A stretch of 64,000 nucleotides of DNA from an uncultured Acidobacteriota bacterium (GTDB lineage: Bacteria; Acidobacteriota; UBA6911): assembly GCA_963809485.1 (NCBI GenBank), contig CAWEJX010000021.1, positions 32,001 through 96,000 of the forward strand. The letters run 5' to 3'. Below the pieces are notes generated by a model. That model saw nothing but the letters and a program-made list of their open reading frames with translations, ran no database searches and was not told the DNA's origin. Shown piece after piece: positions 61,931-64,000 of this stretch. The position numbers were made by a program, and so were the translations under genes. Within the stretch, counting starts at the first letter, position 1. Every line of letters starts with the position of its first letter.

Positions 61931-63037
61931 TCAGGGGACAAGCGTCGCAGTAAAGGTTATGTTTTCCCAAATATAGTCTATTTTGGGTGCCGCCGCAGCC
62001 ATGGTCCCCGTAAACACTGATTGTCCTAAAGTAAATGCTCCGGTGGATCTGACATACCAGAACCATTCACCATCGTCATCCGTGATCGAGCCACTGTTAG
62101 CATGCAAATGCAGCTCCCCATCGGCAATCTGCCCGGAAATGGCAAACAAAGACCACTCAAATTCTCCGAACTCCCTCCATTCCAGGTACCCCTTCACAAA
62201 AAAGCCTTCGGTCGACAGAACCATATAGCGAGCTTCATCAAGCGTGCCGCTCGTCAAGTCAACCAGATAAGTCCGGGTTGTTGAATCAAGCGGGAGGGAA
62301 GCAAACTGCGAGCCGGTTTGTATCAATGCCACGCCGCTGACGGGAACATCCGATTCGATATCGACACGGCCCCGGCCAAGTGTCACGTCAGTGAAGATTT
62401 CACGCAGATACCGCGCAAGATGCTCCCTGTTTTGGAGAGTCTTGGGTTGCTCAGTGCGCACCTGAGCTCCTCCCGCATTATATAGCCTGAACTTGAGATG
62501 GGCCGTTCTGCCCCTGGCATCTGTGTTGGCGAATGCAAAGCTCACCGAGTTGAAATCCTCAAAGGGGATGGTTGTGACCAGGAATTGATTTGATGGGAGC
62601 ACCCCAATGCTGTCCGTTATCGTTGCACCGTTTTTGACAAACCAGGTCAAATTGCCTTCAATTAAATTGTCCATATCTGTGTCATCGGCTACTGCCATGA
62701 CATACCCAATCTCGGTTACATCGGAAGGCGAGGTGATTTTATAGGTTGCAGTTGTTTTGGAGTCGATCGAGACTGCGAGGGATCCCCCGCTCAGTTGAAT
62801 GCCGTTGACATAGGGATTCCAGGCCGAACCCACCCCCCCATAAAAATGGAAAACTCCCTGCCATTGCTGGGCGCCCGGGTTTGTGACCGTTATCTGTGTT
62901 TCCCATATACCGCCCGCTGCGAGTTGCGCAAAAACCAGGTCTTTAAAGGGAAGATGGTTGGGTTGGCTGATCTGCCCAAAGGCAACCCCCGCACATAGTA
63001 GAATTGCGGGGATCCATGCGATTGTCACTTTTCTCAT
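61931..63037 (-). CDS. Secreted beta-rich hypothetical protein
   Basis: GGAGG RBS, signal peptide, FAQLAAGG.WETQITVTNP. Confidence 0.75.
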   Translation of the reverse strand: MRKVTIAWIPAILLCAGVAFGQISQPNHLPFKDLVFAQLAAGGIWETQITVTNPGAQQWQGVFHFYGGVGSAWNPYVNGIQLSGGSLAVSIDSKTTATYKITSPSDVTEIGYVMAVADDTDMDNLIEGNLTWFVKNGATITDSIGVLPSNQFLVTTIPFEDFNSVSFAFANTDARGRTAHLKFRLYNAGGAQVRTEQPKTLQNREHLARYLREIFTDVTLGRGRVDIESDVPVSGVALIQTGSQFASLPLDSTTRTYLVDLTSGTLDEARYMVLSTEGFFVKGYLEWREFGEFEWSLFAISGQIADGELHLHANSGSITDDDGEWFWYVRSTGAFTLGQSVFTGTMAAAAPKIDYIWENITFTATLVP

Positions 63038-63383
63038 GTGAACCTCCGATGCAAAAATTCCGCCTGTGAAAGGCATCAAGAAAAAGTTTTGTGATTCCCG
63101 GAAAACTCTCCCAGCCGGCCGATTCTCCCTTTTAATCAGGAGTAGTTCTGTTAAAGCAAGGCGCATGGACTGCGAGTCTCGCAATCTGCCTTTTTCGGAA
63201 CCAGTCGGAAATATTTAATTTGGCCGACATTATAGAACAGAGGAAGGGGATAGGCTACGCAATTCCTCAATCCAAATGCTTGGGATTATGCCCATCTTTC
63301 CGGGAAAGCAGGGTTCTTCCGGCGAAGCCGGATGCTTTACAGTTGCCGGCCCCTTAAAGGGACTTGATCGCAACCGATGAAAA

Positions 63384-63589
63384 GTCAGGTGCCTCCGGCA
63401 AAGCAGGAGGCTTGAAAGATTTGAACCGCTCAAAGCGGTTGGAGGAGTTACGCCGGTCTTGAACGCTGACTTACGCGGGCAAAAGCCGACTCTCGCCGAA
63501 CAAATCGGCGTTTGTCAGCGCTTTTATCAGCGCTTCTCAGCGTTTAAAATACGGAGCTGTCAAACTCTTTGAGTCCCCCGGCAGAGCCG
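63384..63589 (-). mobile_element. Non-autonomous IS200/IS605-like element, copy 4
   Basis: Homologous to other three copies. Confidence 0.75.
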
Positions 63590-63644
63590 CCATATCTCCC
63601 ATTGGATTGGGAATCATGCAGCCTGTTCCCCTGTTGCCGTCGCC

Positions 63645-64000
63645 TTATGGATCAGGCAGCATATCGTCCTCGGATGCGAGTCTTTCCATTGCGGCCTTCC
63701 AGTCCTCGGCGCATACCTTCAGCTGTACGCTTGGAGGGAGCCCTTCAGCCGGCGGCGTGTCTTCCTGGAAGATCCAGGCCTTCAGGCCCTCTCCCTCAAG
63801 AATCAGACGATCGGCTTCGGCATCGAGATGGCTGACATATTCGGCAATCGTGATCAGGTCCAAACCTGCGGTTTCGCTGATAGCACTCTCCGGGCCCACG
63901 GTATATTGCAGGTCCTTGCCCGAGGAAATGCCGCGTTCACTGAGAATGGTCCCCACAATCTCAAAAACCTCCGGCTGCCACCGATTTTCATCGTGTTCCA
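63645..64000 (-). CDS. Partial hypothetical protein with DUF2007-like C-terminus
   Basis: Frame open to window edge; LDAEADRLILEGEG...VQLKV. Confidence 0.55.
   Translation of the reverse strand, partial: EHDENRWQPEVFEIVGTILSERGISSGKDLQYTVGPESAISETAGLDLITIAEYVSHLDAEADRLILEGEGLKAWIFQEDTPPAEGLPPSVQLKVCAEDWKAAMERLASEDDMLPDP

Overview
GC-rich bacterial DNA; the gene content (TolB-propeller Ser/Thr kinase, BON, DUF4159-MoxR-DUF58-BatA-DUF4175 operon) suggests an Acidobacteria-like organism, but this is inference. 1-11.6 kb is a conserved MoxR/vWA operon with a frameshifted TPR-zincin gene, followed by two tandem REP-like palindromic units. 12.5-17.8 kb holds the most striking item: a 1430-aa gene fusing a BREX BrxC/DUF6079-type ATPase to a PglZ-like alkaline-phosphatase-superfamily domain, with no other BREX genes in the window, divergent from a TPR gene and next to tRNA-Met. 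After the tRNA lies a ~33 kb accessory mosaic: a cytoplasmic reductive dehalogenase cluster, an intact IS1634-type element, Fic, many truncated genes, a phage tail relic, and integron-type cassettes (one clear attC) behind two copies of a conserved attI-like site with no integrase. Four copies of a non-autonomous IS200/IS605-like hairpin element are scattered between 32.5 and 63.6 kb. The right end has an M13 peptidase, a GT2-GT2-GT4-radical SAM cluster, PadR/DUF1700 and envelope proteins. All family calls come from motif recognition by eye; no searches were run.
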